60,185 nucleotides of DNA from Elusimicrobia bacterium UBA4817 (GCA_002402375.1 DHFT01000030.1:1-60185); one strand, 5' to 3'; shown: positions 1 through 10,244, numbered from the stretch's first letter. Made by a program: numbers and translations. Notes: generated by a model from the sequence alone, not told the origin.

Positions 1-47
1 TGACTTAACTTAGGAAATCTCTGTGTTCTCTGTGGCAAAAAAATAAC

Positions 48-76
48 TTGACAAAATAGTTTTTTTTATTTATAAT
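48..76 (+). promoter_or_regulatory. sigma70 promoter of pilB (probably leaderless)
   Basis: TTGACA(48-53), 17 bp, TATAAT(71-76); ATG 8 nt downstream, no SD. Confidence 0.85.
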
Positions 77-84
77 ATAATTCT

Positions 85-1830
85 ATGGCTGTAAAACACA
101 TGGCACTGAAGAAAAAATTGGGAGACCTCTTGGTTGAGGTGGGGATTATTACGCCTCAGCAACTTCAGGACGCAATGGAGGAACAGAAAAGAAAGGGCGG
201 TAAACTCGGACTGATATTGATGTCTTTGGGCTACATTACCGAGGATGTTCTTCTTGCTTTCTTGGGAAAACAATGCGGCGTTTCATATGTCTCGCTTTCC
301 GAATACGGCGAAATCCCGGAGGACATTATAAAATCTGTTCCGGAATCTGTGGTGCGACACCAGACGCTTCTGCCGATAGCCAGAGAAGGAAATGTTCTTA
401 CAATCGCTATGGCTGACCCGTTGAATGTTTTTGCTACCGACGATTTACGGCTTATGACCGGCAACGAAATAAATGTGGTCATTGCCTCCGAAAGCGAAAT
501 AAAAGCGGCGATAGAAAAATATTACGGTTCAAAAGCGTCGATGGAAACCATCGTCAAGGATATGGAAGTAGGCGGCGCAGACGCTAATGTTGACGTCGTA
601 AAAGAAGTTGACGCCGGGAAAGATATCGTATCGCTTGAAGCAGCCGGCGAAGATGCACCAATAGTAAAAATAGTTAACCTGCTTTTGTCCGGAGCAGTCA
701 AGGCGAAAGCATCCGATATTCACATAGAACCATATGAAAAATCGCTGCGGGTAAGATACCGTATTGACGGCGTTTTGCACGAGGTTTCCGCACCGCCCAA
801 AAAAACCCAGAACGCAATTGTATCACGCCTCAAAATTATGTCAAATCTTGACATCGCCGAAAGACGGCTGCCTCAGGACGGCCGGATAAAAATTAAAGTT
901 ATGAATAAAGAGATTGACCTGCGTGTTTCTATTCTTCCGACGGCGTTCGGCGAAAAAGTCGTTATGCGTTTATTGGACGCTTCATCGTTGAAACTTGAAC
1001 TGACCCAACTCGGATTTGAGCCGGAAGCGCTTGCTATCTATCATAAAAATATACAGATTCCGTACGGAATTATTCTGGTAACAGGTCCTACCGGAAGCGG
1101 TAAATCAACAACGCTTTATTCCACACTTTCACAGTTAAACCAGCCGGATGTCAATATATCAACGATTGAGGACCCGGTAGAATATGTTCTGGAAGGAATA
1201 AATCAGGTGCACGCCAGGGCGGACATCGGGCTTACATTCGCCGCAGGATTGAAATCATTTCTTCGTCAGGACCCGGACATCATCATGGTCGGTGAAATCA
1301 GAGATACCGAAACGGCGGAAATCGCCATCAACGCCGCACTAACGGGACATCTTGTATTTTCAACGCTTCACACAAATGACGCTCCGGGCGCCGTTACCCG
1401 TCTAAACAATATGGGAATAGAACCGTTCTTAACGACTTCTACCGTTATTATGGTTATCGCCCAGCGATTAGTCAGAGTCATCTGCCGCAACTGTAAAGAG
1501 GAATACGAGGTCCCGGCAGACATATTGATATCGTCGGGGCTCTCCAAAAAAGAAGTCGGTGACGCAAAAAAAATAAAACTTTACAAGGGAAAGGGCTGCG
1601 ACCATTGTTCCGGTACCGGTTACCGCGGGCGACTTGCCTGTTATGAGGTTATGGAAGTCAACGATAAAATAAAGGAACTGATTCTTGATAGGGCTTCAAC
1701 CCACATTATAAAACAGACGGCAATTGAAAACGGAATGATTACATTAAGAAAAGCGGCACTGAAAAAGGTTCTGGCCGGGGTTACAACCGTTGAGGAAATG
1801 ATGAGAATAACATTCGCGGATGCGGAATAG
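85..1830 (+). CDS. pilB: Type IV pilus assembly ATPase PilB with N-terminal MshEN-like domain
   Basis: KLGDLLxxxGII..L...Q tandem motif, ASDIHIEP, GPTGSGKSTT, LRQDPDIIMVGEIRD, tetra-Cys motif. Confidence 0.95.
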   Translation: MAVKHMALKKKLGDLLVEVGIITPQQLQDAMEEQKRKGGKLGLILMSLGYITEDVLLAFLGKQCGVSYVSLSEYGEIPEDIIKSVPESVVRHQTLLPIAREGNVLTIAMADPLNVFATDDLRLMTGNEINVVIASESEIKAAIEKYYGSKASMETIVKDMEVGGADANVDVVKEVDAGKDIVSLEAAGEDAPIVKIVNLLLSGAVKAKASDIHIEPYEKSLRVRYRIDGVLHEVSAPPKKTQNAIVSRLKIMSNLDIAERRLPQDGRIKIKVMNKEIDLRVSILPTAFGEKVVMRLLDASSLKLELTQLGFEPEALAIYHKNIQIPYGIILVTGPTGSGKSTTLYSTLSQLNQPDVNISTIEDPVEYVLEGINQVHARADIGLTFAAGLKSFLRQDPDIIMVGEIRDTETAEIAINAALTGHLVFSTLHTNDAPGAVTRLNNMGIEPFLTTSTVIMVIAQRLVRVICRNCKEEYEVPADILISSGLSKKEVGDAKKIKLYKGKGCDHCSGTGYRGRLACYEVMEVNDKIKELILDRASTHIIKQTAIENGMITLRKAALKKVLAGVTTVEEMMRITFADAE

Positions 1831-1838
1831 ATAAGAGG

Positions 1839-1939
1839 CAATTAAAAATGTAAAATGTAAAATTAAAAATTTAGGTGAAAAGATTTAATAATAATTTTCT
1901 ATCCGTAATTTTTCATTTTTAATTTTGAATTTTTAATTG
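1839..1939. repeat. CAATTAAAA...TTTTAATTG inverted-repeat element built of 7-mers
   Basis: A-rich heptamer arm and T-rich complementary arm; same termini at 10847-10931 and 43940-44073. Confidence 0.75.
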
Positions 1940-1947
1940 ATGTTAAT

Positions 1948-3018
1948 ATGTTAAGCATGGATGAACTGTTAAAAATGGTAATGCAAAAAAATGCGTCGGA
2001 TTTGCATCTTACGGTAGGCGCGCCGCCGACATTACGGGTTGACGGCGAAATGTCTCCGACCCATTTTGAAAAACTTTCTCCCGATGTCTGCCAGCGGCTT
2101 ATCTATTCGCTTTTAACCGACAAACAAAAAGAAAAATTTGAGTCCAACAACGAACTGGATTTATCATTCGGAATAAAAGGCGTGGGCAGAATAAGAATGA
2201 ATGTTTTCAGGCAGAGAAATGCTGTGGCGGCGGCATTGCGGCTTATTTCCGAAAAAATCCTTACTTTTGAAGAACTCGGACTTCCGGCGGTCATTTATGA
2301 CATTACCCGGCTCCAGAAAGGACTTGTCCTTGTTACGGGTCCAACGGGCTGCGGAAAATCAACTACACTTGCGTCAATAATAAACTTTCTGAACGAACAC
2401 CGGCAGGGACACATTATGACGATTGAGGACCCCATTGAATATGTTCATCAGCATAAAAAATGTCTTATTAACCAGAGAGAAGTAGGGAGCGATACAAACT
2501 CTTTTCCGAATGCACTTAAATATGTTTTGCGGCAGGACCCGGATATAATTCTCGTCGGTGAAATGCGGGATTTGGAAACGATATCGGCTGCTCTGACCAT
2601 TGCGGAAACGGGACATCTCGTTTTTGCAACGCTTCACACTACCGATGCTCCTTCGTCAATAAACAGAATTGTGGATTCATTCCCGCCGCACCAGCAGGCA
2701 CAGGTGAGAAGTCAATTATCCTTCACGCTTCAGGCGGTATTCACACAACAACTTTTGTTAAAATCCGGAGGTGTGGGTAGAATTCTCGCGTGCGAAGTCC
2801 TTATCGTAACGGCAGCGATACGCAATTTAATCCGGGATATGAAAACGGAACAGGTTTATCTTGCGATGCAAACCGGCGCAAAATACGGGATGCAGACGAT
2901 GAACACATCGCTTTTTGATTTGGTAACCCGGAAACAGATAACTTATCAGGAAGCGATGGAAATAACCTCCGATGCGGACGACCTGAAACGACTTCTGCAA
3001 AAAAGCAATATGGGATGA
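1948..3018 (+). CDS. pilT: Type IV pilus retraction ATPase PilT
   Basis: ASDLHL, GPTGCGKSTT, LRQDPD, AETGHLVFATLHT, AIRNLIR. Confidence 0.95.
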   Translation: MLSMDELLKMVMQKNASDLHLTVGAPPTLRVDGEMSPTHFEKLSPDVCQRLIYSLLTDKQKEKFESNNELDLSFGIKGVGRIRMNVFRQRNAVAAALRLISEKILTFEELGLPAVIYDITRLQKGLVLVTGPTGCGKSTTLASIINFLNEHRQGHIMTIEDPIEYVHQHKKCLINQREVGSDTNSFPNALKYVLRQDPDIILVGEMRDLETISAALTIAETGHLVFATLHTTDAPSSINRIVDSFPPHQQAQVRSQLSFTLQAVFTQQLLLKSGGVGRILACEVLIVTAAIRNLIRDMKTEQVYLAMQTGAKYGMQTMNTSLFDLVTRKQITYQEAMEITSDADDLKRLLQKSNMG

Positions 3019-4190
3019 GCAGGCAATTAAAAATGAAAAATGAAAAATTTCCGCCAAAGGCGGATTCACCGATTCAAGTGGCGAAAAAAATTACAAAACT
3101 ACTTACTACTTACTACTTACTACTCGCTGTCTTTCTATCCGGCTGCGGCGGTTTTGAATATTATTTTAACAGAGGAGTGAACGCAAAAGACCCGCAAAAA
3201 AAAATAAAATATTTTTCGGCGGCAATTAAGAAATGGCAAAACTCCGACGGCGAAACCGATAAATTAAACGCCTACATAAATAGGGGCTCCGCATATGGGA
3301 TGCTCAATATTTATGATTTTGCAATTTCTGATTTTAACGAAGCATTAAAATATAACTTGCAGGATCCGGTACTTTATTACAACCGCGCGATAATATACCG
3401 CAATACAGGAAAAATAAAGCAGGCACTGGCAGATATTGATACTGCTATAAAATTTAATCCTTCTTTTAAGGAAGCTTATATCCTACGAAGCGATATTTAT
3501 CAAAAAACCGGAAATAAGAAAAAATCGGAAAATGACCGCAAATACGCGGAAACACTCACTGCTATAGATGTTTGCTATAATCAGGGATTAAAATTTTTTG
3601 ACACAAGGAACTACGGTAAGGCGATAAAATTTTTCACCGACGCGTTAAAATCTAACCCGAAGAAACCGGAAATCTATAACATGCGCGGACTGGCATATAT
3701 ATATATCGGAAAAACAAAACAGGCAATAAACGATTTCAGCAAAGCGATAATACTTGACCCAGCTTTTACCGATGCCTACAATAACAGAGGTACCGTTTAC
3801 GCCTCAAATAAAATGGTTAAAGAGGCAACGGCAGATTTCAAAAAAGCCATTCAACTAAAAAAAACGGATCCGCAGGCATATTACAATATCGGATTATTAT
3901 CTAACAACAACGGTGATTTTGACTCGGCAATAAGTTATTTTGACACAGCGGAAAATTTTTCCCAAAAATCGCCATATCCGGAATTATATTATCAGCGAGG
4001 ACTATCCTATTTTAACAAAAAAAATTATAAAAAAGCCGTGGGCGATTTTTCCAAGGCAATAAATCTTATGCCTGATAACGCAAACGCATACAGGTTCCGC
4101 GGACTTTGCTGGGAAAAACTCGGGGCTATGAAAAAATCAAATGCGGATTTGATATATGCGGTTAAATTGAATCCCAAATTTTCAAAATAA
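3015..4190 (+). CDS. TPR-repeat lipoprotein; N-terminus assembled from repeat elements
   Basis: lipobox FLSGC; many AYxNRG TPR units. Confidence 0.8.
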   Translation: MSRQLKMKNEKFPPKADSPIQVAKKITKLLTTYYLLLAVFLSGCGGFEYYFNRGVNAKDPQKKIKYFSAAIKKWQNSDGETDKLNAYINRGSAYGMLNIYDFAISDFNEALKYNLQDPVLYYNRAIIYRNTGKIKQALADIDTAIKFNPSFKEAYILRSDIYQKTGNKKKSENDRKYAETLTAIDVCYNQGLKFFDTRNYGKAIKFFTDALKSNPKKPEIYNMRGLAYIYIGKTKQAINDFSKAIILDPAFTDAYNNRGTVYASNKMVKEATADFKKAIQLKKTDPQAYYNIGLLSNNNGDFDSAISYFDTAENFSQKSPYPELYYQRGLSYFNKKNYKKAVGDFSKAINLMPDNANAYRFRGLCWEKLGAMKKSNADLIYAVKLNPKFSK

Positions 4191-4205
4191 TTTTCAGGAG
4201 TAATT

Positions 4206-5432
4206 ATGCCGTTATTCAGTTACAAAGCAAAAAATACGGATGGGAAAACCGTAAACGGAACTATTGATGCACCCGACCAAATTACCGCATCTAACAAATT
4301 AAGGGCACAGCGGCTAATTCTGCTTGAAATTGCTCCGGCAAAAAAAAATCCGCTTGAAGCATTACAAAAGTGGAATCCTCTCAAACCGAGCGTAAAGGCA
4401 AAAGACCTGGTGCTTTTTTCAAGACAATTATCAACGCTTGTTTCGGCGGGCGTGCCGATTGTTCAGGGACTTACCATCTTAACCGAGCAGATTGAAAATC
4501 CGGCATTCAAAAAAGTCGTTGACCATGTTTCCGAAGATATAAAAGCAGGAATATCCATAGCGGAAGCGATGAAGAAAGAACCGGATGCGTTTTCAGAATT
4601 ATATGTTGCAATGATAAAAGCGGGCGAGGTAGGCGGTATTTTAGATGTAATTTTAGAACGGCTCTCGGCATATTTGGAAGCAGCGGATGAACTGAAAGGA
4701 AAAGTAAAGGGAGCACTGATGTATCCGTCAATCGTTGCGTTTATTGCCCTCAGCGTTACCATATTTTTGCTTGTCGTTGTAATACCTACATTTAAGGAAA
4801 TATTTTCAAGTTTCGGGGCAGAACTGCCGTTACCCACAAAAGTACTTATCGCTATATCCGAGTTTCTGCAAAGATATGTTATATTTTTAATTCTCGGCTT
4901 TATAGGAGCGGCAGTGGGTGTAATTAAATTTTATCAGACCGAAAAAGGTAAGTTTTTTATAGACGAAAAATCTTTGAAAGTACCTATGTTCGGAGAAATG
5001 TTAAGAAAAGTTGCGGTTGCAAAATTCACAAGAACGCTCGGGACGCTGGTTAAATCTGGTGTTCCTATTCTGCAGGCGTTGGACACCGTAGCACAAACAG
5101 CAGGAAATAAAATTGTTGAAAAAGCGATTCTTACGGCAAAGGAATCAATCAGGGAAGGAGAAAAAATAGCGACGCCTTTGAAAAAATCCGGCGTTTTTCC
5201 GCCGATGGTTACACAGATGATTTCCGTCGGAGAAGAAACCGGAAATCTTGACACTATGCTTACCAAAATCGCCGACTTTTACGACCAGGAGGTTGATGTC
5301 GCCGTAAAAGGACTTACATCTATGATTGAGCCGATCGTTATATGCGTTATGGGTATTGTTATAGGTGCTATAGTTATAGCGATGTTTATGCCTATGTTCT
5401 CTATGGGCGCACTGGCAGGAAAAGCGGGATAA
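4206..5432 (+). CDS. pilC: Type IV pilus platform protein PilC (GspF family)
   Basis: FSRQLSTLVSAGVP, AGEVGG, MYP, GEETGNL, EP motifs. Confidence 0.95.
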   Translation: MPLFSYKAKNTDGKTVNGTIDAPDQITASNKLRAQRLILLEIAPAKKNPLEALQKWNPLKPSVKAKDLVLFSRQLSTLVSAGVPIVQGLTILTEQIENPAFKKVVDHVSEDIKAGISIAEAMKKEPDAFSELYVAMIKAGEVGGILDVILERLSAYLEAADELKGKVKGALMYPSIVAFIALSVTIFLLVVVIPTFKEIFSSFGAELPLPTKVLIAISEFLQRYVIFLILGFIGAAVGVIKFYQTEKGKFFIDEKSLKVPMFGEMLRKVAVAKFTRTLGTLVKSGVPILQALDTVAQTAGNKIVEKAILTAKESIREGEKIATPLKKSGVFPPMVTQMISVGEETGNLDTMLTKIADFYDQEVDVAVKGLTSMIEPIVICVMGIVIGAIVIAMFMPMFSMGALAGKAG

Positions 5433-5536
5433 GAAACTGCAGGTTAAAGGTAAAAGGTTAAAATTAAAAAACTGCAGTGTGTAAAAATTCACAATCGCAG
5501 ATGCGGGTTTAAAAAAAACACAGTTTCCGACGGTAA

Positions 5537-5578
5537 ATCCGCGTAAATCCGCGGACCTATCCGCGTAAATCCGCGGAC
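5537..5578 (+). repeat. 20-bp direct repeat ATCCGCGTAAATCCGCGGAC x2 (CGCGG/CACAG repeat family)
   Basis: copies at 5537-5556 and 5559-5578. Confidence 0.8.
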
Positions 5579-5592
5579 GTTCAAAAAAGTAC

Positions 5593-5621
5593 TTGACAAA
5601 ATTATAATAATTTGTTATGAT
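5593..5621 (+). promoter_or_regulatory. sigma70 promoter of the major pilin gene
   Basis: TTGACA-17bp-TATGAT with TGn extension; SD GGAGGTG before ATG 5744. Confidence 0.75.
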
Positions 5622-5743
5622 TATAGCGAGCGGTCGATGTAGTCCCGATTAGCGGGATGAAAATGAAACCACAGATAAATATCTGTGAAAATCTGTGTTA
5701 ATCTGTGGTTAAAATTTGATTAATCAAAAGGAGGTGAAAACAA

Positions 5744-6211
5744 ATGAAAACAAAAAAAGGTTTTACCCTTATTGAACTTATGATAGTGGTCGCAATTATC
5801 GGTATATTGGCGGCAATCGCAATCCCTAAATTCGCAGACCTTATCAAGAAGTCAAAAGAGGGCGCCACAAAGGGTTCGCTTGGAGCGCTCCGTTCCGCAC
5901 TCACCATTTACTACGGCGAGCAGGAAGGAGTTTATCCGGTTCCAGGAGTCGCCGAAAACGCTTTAACAACCACTTTCAATACTCCAACCGGCCCATTTTT
6001 GACAAAGTATCTTGATCAGATACCGACTGTCAAACTCGGCATAACCGGAATATCCGATTCATCCGATTGTGTTTACTCGCAGGAATATGCAACAATAACT
6101 GCAGCTACACACAACGGCAGATGGTGGTATAGGGGAGCAACCATAGGCGAAATGAAGGTCTATGCAAGTAACCAGTATGACACTAAAAGCACCTATATCA
6201 CATCTTGGTAA
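5744..6211 (+). CDS. pilA: Type IV pilin, probable major pilin
   Basis: G|FTLIELMIVVAIIGILAAIAIP; strong SD; own promoter and terminator. Confidence 0.85.
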   Translation: MKTKKGFTLIELMIVVAIIGILAAIAIPKFADLIKKSKEGATKGSLGALRSALTIYYGEQEGVYPVPGVAENALTTTFNTPTGPFLTKYLDQIPTVKLGITGISDSSDCVYSQEYATITAATHNGRWWYRGATIGEMKVYASNQYDTKSTYITSW

Positions 6212-6224
6212 TGTTTTATGTCTT

Positions 6225-6261
6225 AAAAAACCCTTCAAACTAAAATTTGGAGGGTTTTTTT
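6225..6261 (+). terminator. Rho-independent terminator after pilA
   Basis: AAAAAACCCTTCAAA-loop-TTTGGAGGGTTTTTTT. Confidence 0.85.
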
Positions 6262-6267
6262 ATTATT

Positions 6268-7413
6268 ATGAAAAAATTTTTTATCCTGCTACTATTAATT
6301 TTAACCTTTCTTAACTCATCTAATTATATAAAACACATTAAAGAAAGTCCTCTGAACAAAATTGTAGATTTTTATGTATATTATGAAACAACCAAAGATT
6401 TTTTCAATTATGGTCTCACGCCGTATTTTGCCGTTCTGCCGAAAGTTAAAAGCGAAGGACAGTATTTTATCTATCCTCCTACGTTCCTGATTTTTTTCTC
6501 GCCGTTTGCGGCAATACCTGTCAACATAGCGGAAAAACTCTGGATTATACTGAATATCTTCTTGTTTTTTCTATGTGGTTACTGGTTCACAACAAAAATT
6601 CTCAACATAAAAAAAACTTCGCAAAAACTTATATTATTTTTGATGCTTTACAACTTTAATCCTTTTTTTCTCTGCATTTTCGTCGGACAGATTGACATGC
6701 TGATATTGTTTTTTTTGTATATTTCTTTTTATTTTATTATCAAAAACAGAGAGAATTTTATAGGTATTATCATCGGTATTTTAACTCTTATAAAACTTAC
6801 GCCTATTATATTTTCGTTATATTTTTTGTTCAAGCGAAACTTAAAGGCGGTCGGATGGCTTATTTTGACTATTTCCGTTTTTGTGATAATTTCGTTTCTG
6901 ATTTTCCCTGCTGAAATTTATTACGATTTTTTTGATGCAATATCAACAGTAAATGAAAATTCCGACAGATATATAATGCCTCTAAATAAAAGCATTTTCG
7001 GATTGTTAGGAAGAATGTTTTTGGACAACAGATTGTTTAACGCCGTAATTATCAATTCGCCGTCATTGTTTTATTTCTTTTATTTTCTCGTCTTTATTGC
7101 CCTCTTAACGATAATTTTTTTACGACGGACAAAACTTAACAATTTGGAAATTTTTTCGCTTGTAATTTTATTGTCCGTAATAACACTTCCGAATGCGCTC
7201 GTATATTCATTAATTTTTGCCTTTCCTGCAATTTTGATTTTTTACAGCAAAATTAAAACAGCGAGGAAACTTTTACTTTTCTGCCTGATATTTCTTTCAA
7301 TAACATTCCACTATTCGCTTTATTCTATTGTTCCTTTCGGGTTCGCCGCCGATTTTATTCCTCTGTTGGGAAATTTAATTCTGTTTAACGCAATCGCATT
7401 TAATATTTCTTGA
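6268..7413 (+). CDS. GT87/DUF2029-like multi-TM glycosyltransferase
   Basis: DFxxYY, FIYPP, GQID, IKLTP motifs; highly hydrophobic; start taken at ATG 6268. Confidence 0.75.
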   Translation: MKKFFILLLLILTFLNSSNYIKHIKESPLNKIVDFYVYYETTKDFFNYGLTPYFAVLPKVKSEGQYFIYPPTFLIFFSPFAAIPVNIAEKLWIILNIFLFFLCGYWFTTKILNIKKTSQKLILFLMLYNFNPFFLCIFVGQIDMLILFFLYISFYFIIKNRENFIGIIIGILTLIKLTPIIFSLYFLFKRNLKAVGWLILTISVFVIISFLIFPAEIYYDFFDAISTVNENSDRYIMPLNKSIFGLLGRMFLDNRLFNAVIINSPSLFYFFYFLVFIALLTIIFLRRTKLNNLEIFSLVILLSVITLPNALVYSLIFAFPAILIFYSKIKTARKLLLFCLIFLSITFHYSLYSIVPFGFAADFIPLLGNLILFNAIAFNIS

Positions 7414-7437
7414 CATTTAAAGAAAAATAAATACAAT
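7410..7437 (+). promoter_or_regulatory. sigma70 promoter (leaderless) of second pilin
   Basis: TTGACA-16bp-TACAAT; ATG 6 nt later; upstream gene's TGA lies inside the -35. Confidence 0.6.
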
Positions 7438-7443
7438 AAAAAC

Positions 7444-7884
7444 ATGGGTTGTTTTGTCAAAAAAAATCACAAATTAAACGGATTTACCCTTATAGAACTG
7501 ATGATTGTTGTTGCTATACTGGGAACTCTTGCGGCAATCGCGGTACCCAGGTTTGCGGAACTGATGAGAAAGGCAAAAGAGGGTTCCACAAAAGGAAATC
7601 TCGGAGTCCTGCGGTCCTGCATAAAAACATATTATGCTAAAAACGAAGGTATCTATCCTACTACTATGACAGATGGAATTATACCGGAATATCTTGAAGA
7701 ACTTCCTCCGGCCAGAATAGGTGCATATGAGCATCCCGAAAGAAGCGGGGAAACATCAACGGATAATGATGCCAGTTTGACGGACGGCTGGGTATATCCG
7801 GATTCTTCGTCAAGTATGTTCGGGAATGTGTGGGTCAATTGCACACATCCGGACACAAAAGGAATCATTATAAGTTCATGGTAG
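7444..7884 (+). CDS. Type IV pilin paralog
   Basis: G|FTLIEL; KAKEGSTKGNLG shared with pilin at 5744. Confidence 0.85.
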   Translation: MGCFVKKNHKLNGFTLIELMIVVAILGTLAAIAVPRFAELMRKAKEGSTKGNLGVLRSCIKTYYAKNEGIYPTTMTDGIIPEYLEELPPARIGAYEHPERSGETSTDNDASLTDGWVYPDSSSSMFGNVWVNCTHPDTKGIIISSW

Positions 7885-8642
7885 AAATATTTATTTTTAT
7901 TTTCGGTTTGTTTTTCGGCTCATTCGCTAATGTCGTTATCCGGCGGCTGCCTTACGGAAACTCAATTGTAAAACCCGCCTCGCACTGTCCGAAATGTTTG
8001 CTCCCGATAAAATGGAAAGACAACCTGCCGGTGGTGAGTTTTTTGATTTTAGGAGGGAGATGCCGTAACTGCAAAACGAAAATCTCAATTGAATATCCGA
8101 CTGTTGAATTACTTACAGCCCTGATATTTCTCGTTGGATATTTTAATTTCGGTATTTCTGTTAATCTTTTAATCTTTCTAATTCTTTCAATCTTTCTAAT
8201 CATTATTTCATTCATTGACCTGCATTTGAGAATAATTCCGGATATGTTAGCAATTTCGCTTTTGATTTTCGGACTCGCTTCAAGTTTTTTTAATCCTCTG
8301 ATTTCTTTCAGTTTTCTTAACTCTCTGAAAGGGTCGCTGTTCGGCGGAGTGTTTCTATATTCGGTTGCATTTTTGGGAGCAAAAATTTATAAAAAAGAAG
8401 TGATGGGCGGAGGCGATGTAAAACTTCTTGCGGCCGGCGGAACTTTTCTGGGATTAAAAAATATTTTTCTGGCGCTTCTTATCGCCTGTTTCATCGGCGG
8501 AATTACGGGGCTGTTTTTAATTTTAATAGGGAATAAAAAAAAATCCGACTTCATACCTTTCGGACCTTTCATAGCAATATCTATTCTGATTGTATTTTTT
8601 TTAAGACCGCAAAATCCTTTTTTAATTACTTTCCAGCCATAA
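7878..8642 (+). CDS. pilD: Prepilin peptidase/N-methyltransferase
   Basis: GSFANV, SHCPKC, GRCRNC, IDL, MGGGDVKL, PFGPF; start MVEIF at 7878. Confidence 0.93.
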   Translation: MVEIFIFIFGLFFGSFANVVIRRLPYGNSIVKPASHCPKCLLPIKWKDNLPVVSFLILGGRCRNCKTKISIEYPTVELLTALIFLVGYFNFGISVNLLIFLILSIFLIIISFIDLHLRIIPDMLAISLLIFGLASSFFNPLISFSFLNSLKGSLFGGVFLYSVAFLGAKIYKKEVMGGGDVKLLAAGGTFLGLKNIFLALLIACFIGGITGLFLILIGNKKKSDFIPFGPFIAISILIVFFLRPQNPFLITFQP

Positions 8643-9296
8643 AACAATTGAATAATCGGTACCGCCGTTCTGAGGGAGATTGTTGACATTGCCGTCGCGC
8701 GGAATAAAAGAAAAACCCTCTTTGTCGGGTGGCCATGCAGTTTTAACGCTGTTATTCCAGATGCTTGCTATTGCTGTTCCTCTCGGATGTGTCGCACCGC
8801 AAAAATTACAGGTATAGGGGTCACCGAAAGGCGAACCGTCGGGAACGCCGTGAGGTCCCATACAAACAATTGCAGTTAGAACATTTGTATCCCGTCGGCC
8901 GTTGAAAAATAAGTATCTGTGTCCCCACGGGTCGTGAGGCGTTCTGCTGATGTAAGGACCCGACCATCTTTGAATTGCCGGAAAACCTGTTTGATACGGG
9001 GACAGACCCCTTATTAAAACATATTCCCACGGCTGCATTGATTCGCCGTTAGGATCGGTTAATCCATATCCGAAATTAGTTCCGAGATACCCGTCATTAT
9101 ACGGCGGGAAATTGCCTACATCAATATAGTAATCTTTAAGTGCTATTGCCAGTGCCTTCATCTGGCCTTTTGCCTGTTCAATTCTTATTTTCTGCAAAAT
9201 CCCGCCCATCTTGGTAATGGAAACCGTCAGTAAAATACCTATTATCGCGACGACAATCATCAACTCAATAAGCGTAAAACCTTTTTTATGTTTCAT
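8622..9296 (-). CDS. GspG-like pilin/pseudopilin
   Basis: KKG|FTLIEL; WSGPY and DPWGHRY T2SSG motifs; SD GGAGG before ATG 9296. Confidence 0.85.
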   Translation of the reverse strand: MKHKKGFTLIELMIVVAIIGILLTVSITKMGGILQKIRIEQAKGQMKALAIALKDYYIDVGNFPPYNDGYLGTNFGYGLTDPNGESMQPWEYVLIRGLSPYQTGFPAIQRWSGPYISRTPHDPWGHRYLFFNGRRDTNVLTAIVCMGPHGVPDGSPFGDPYTCNFCGATHPRGTAIASIWNNSVKTAWPPDKEGFSFIPRDGNVNNLPQNGGTDYSIVLWLESN

Positions 9297-9361
9297 TTGA
9301 TTTGCCTCCGGACAGGTAGTCGCACCCTTCAGGGTGCGTGTTTTCAAATTCCTTTGTTATA

Positions 9362-9390
9362 AGTATAATTCAAAATCAGAAAATTGTCAA
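9362..9390 (-). promoter_or_regulatory. sigma70 promoter of the GspG-like pilin
   Basis: minus strand TTGACA-17bp-TATACT; rsmA stop codon lies inside the -35. Confidence 0.75.
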
Positions 9391-10154
9391 GACAAAACTT
9401 TTGCTAATTTTACAAACCCGTCTATTGAAATCGTTTCCGCACGGCACAGCGGGGATATTCCCGCCTGTAATATTTTTTCTTCCAAAATTTTTTTATCAAT
9501 TTTAAGTTCTAATGAAAGCGAGTTCAGTATTGTTTTTCGTCTGTGCAAAAATGCCGATTTTACAATTCTGAAGAAATTTTTTTCTTCATTTTTTTTTATG
9601 AGCGGATTTTTTAGCCGTTTCAGTTTTACAACCGTTGATGTTACTAATGGTTTCGGTTGGAAACATGTTCCCGGAACATTAAACATTTTTTCAACTTCAC
9701 AATAAACCTGACAGGCAATTGTTAAAACGCCGTAATCGGACGAATTCGGCGGCGATTTAAGTCGGTTGGCAACCTCTTTCTGAATCATAAAAACGGCTGT
9801 GTCCCAGTTATTCAGATGCAGAATTTTTTCAATGATTGCAGACGAAATATAATAAGGCAGATTGGCGACGAATTTCAGTTTTAGTTTCTTGGGAGGGTTA
9901 TATTTAAGAAAATCCGTATTTACTAACTTTATCTTTTTTTGATTCCTATATTTTTCAATAAGTTCTTCGGCAAGTTTTTTGTCAATTTCAACCGCAATTA
10001 TTTTTTTGGATTTTTGTAAAAGTTCTTCCGTCAGTATTCCATAACCTGGACCTATTTCAATAACGGTATCCGAAACTGAAATGTCTGCGGATTTTACGAT
10101 TTTTTTTGCGATGTTTTTATCAACAAGGAAGTTCTGCCCGAGGCGGGTTCTCAT
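9387..10154 (-). CDS. rsmA: 16S rRNA m6,2A dimethyltransferase
   Basis: LGQNFL, EIGPGxG, ANLPY, MIQKEVA, RRKT, RAE. Confidence 0.95.
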   Translation of the reverse strand: MRTRLGQNFLVDKNIAKKIVKSADISVSDTVIEIGPGYGILTEELLQKSKKIIAVEIDKKLAEELIEKYRNQKKIKLVNTDFLKYNPPKKLKLKFVANLPYYISSAIIEKILHLNNWDTAVFMIQKEVANRLKSPPNSSDYGVLTIACQVYCEVEKMFNVPGTCFQPKPLVTSTVVKLKRLKNPLIKKNEEKNFFRIVKSAFLHRRKTILNSLSLELKIDKKILEEKILQAGISPLCRAETISIDGFVKLAKVLS

Positions 10155-10162
10155 ACCAAAAC

Positions 10163-10242
10163 CGATTTAAAAATTGAAAGATTAAAAAATTAGAAAGATT
10201 TATAAATCTTTGAATCTTTTAATCTTTATAATCTTTTAATTG
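10163..10242. repeat. AAAGATT 8-mer inverted-repeat element
   Basis: reverse complement closely matches 42596-42690. Confidence 0.8.
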
Positions 10243-10244
10243 TC

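Noticed and set aside
5497-5580. Possible CRISPR array
   Set aside because: Only two 20-bp repeats with a 2-bp gap, no spacers and no cas genes; belongs to the dispersed repeat family
5622-5743. c-di-GMP riboswitch in the pilA leader
   Set aside because: No GEMM core motifs; the leader is explained by REP-like and CACAGA repeats
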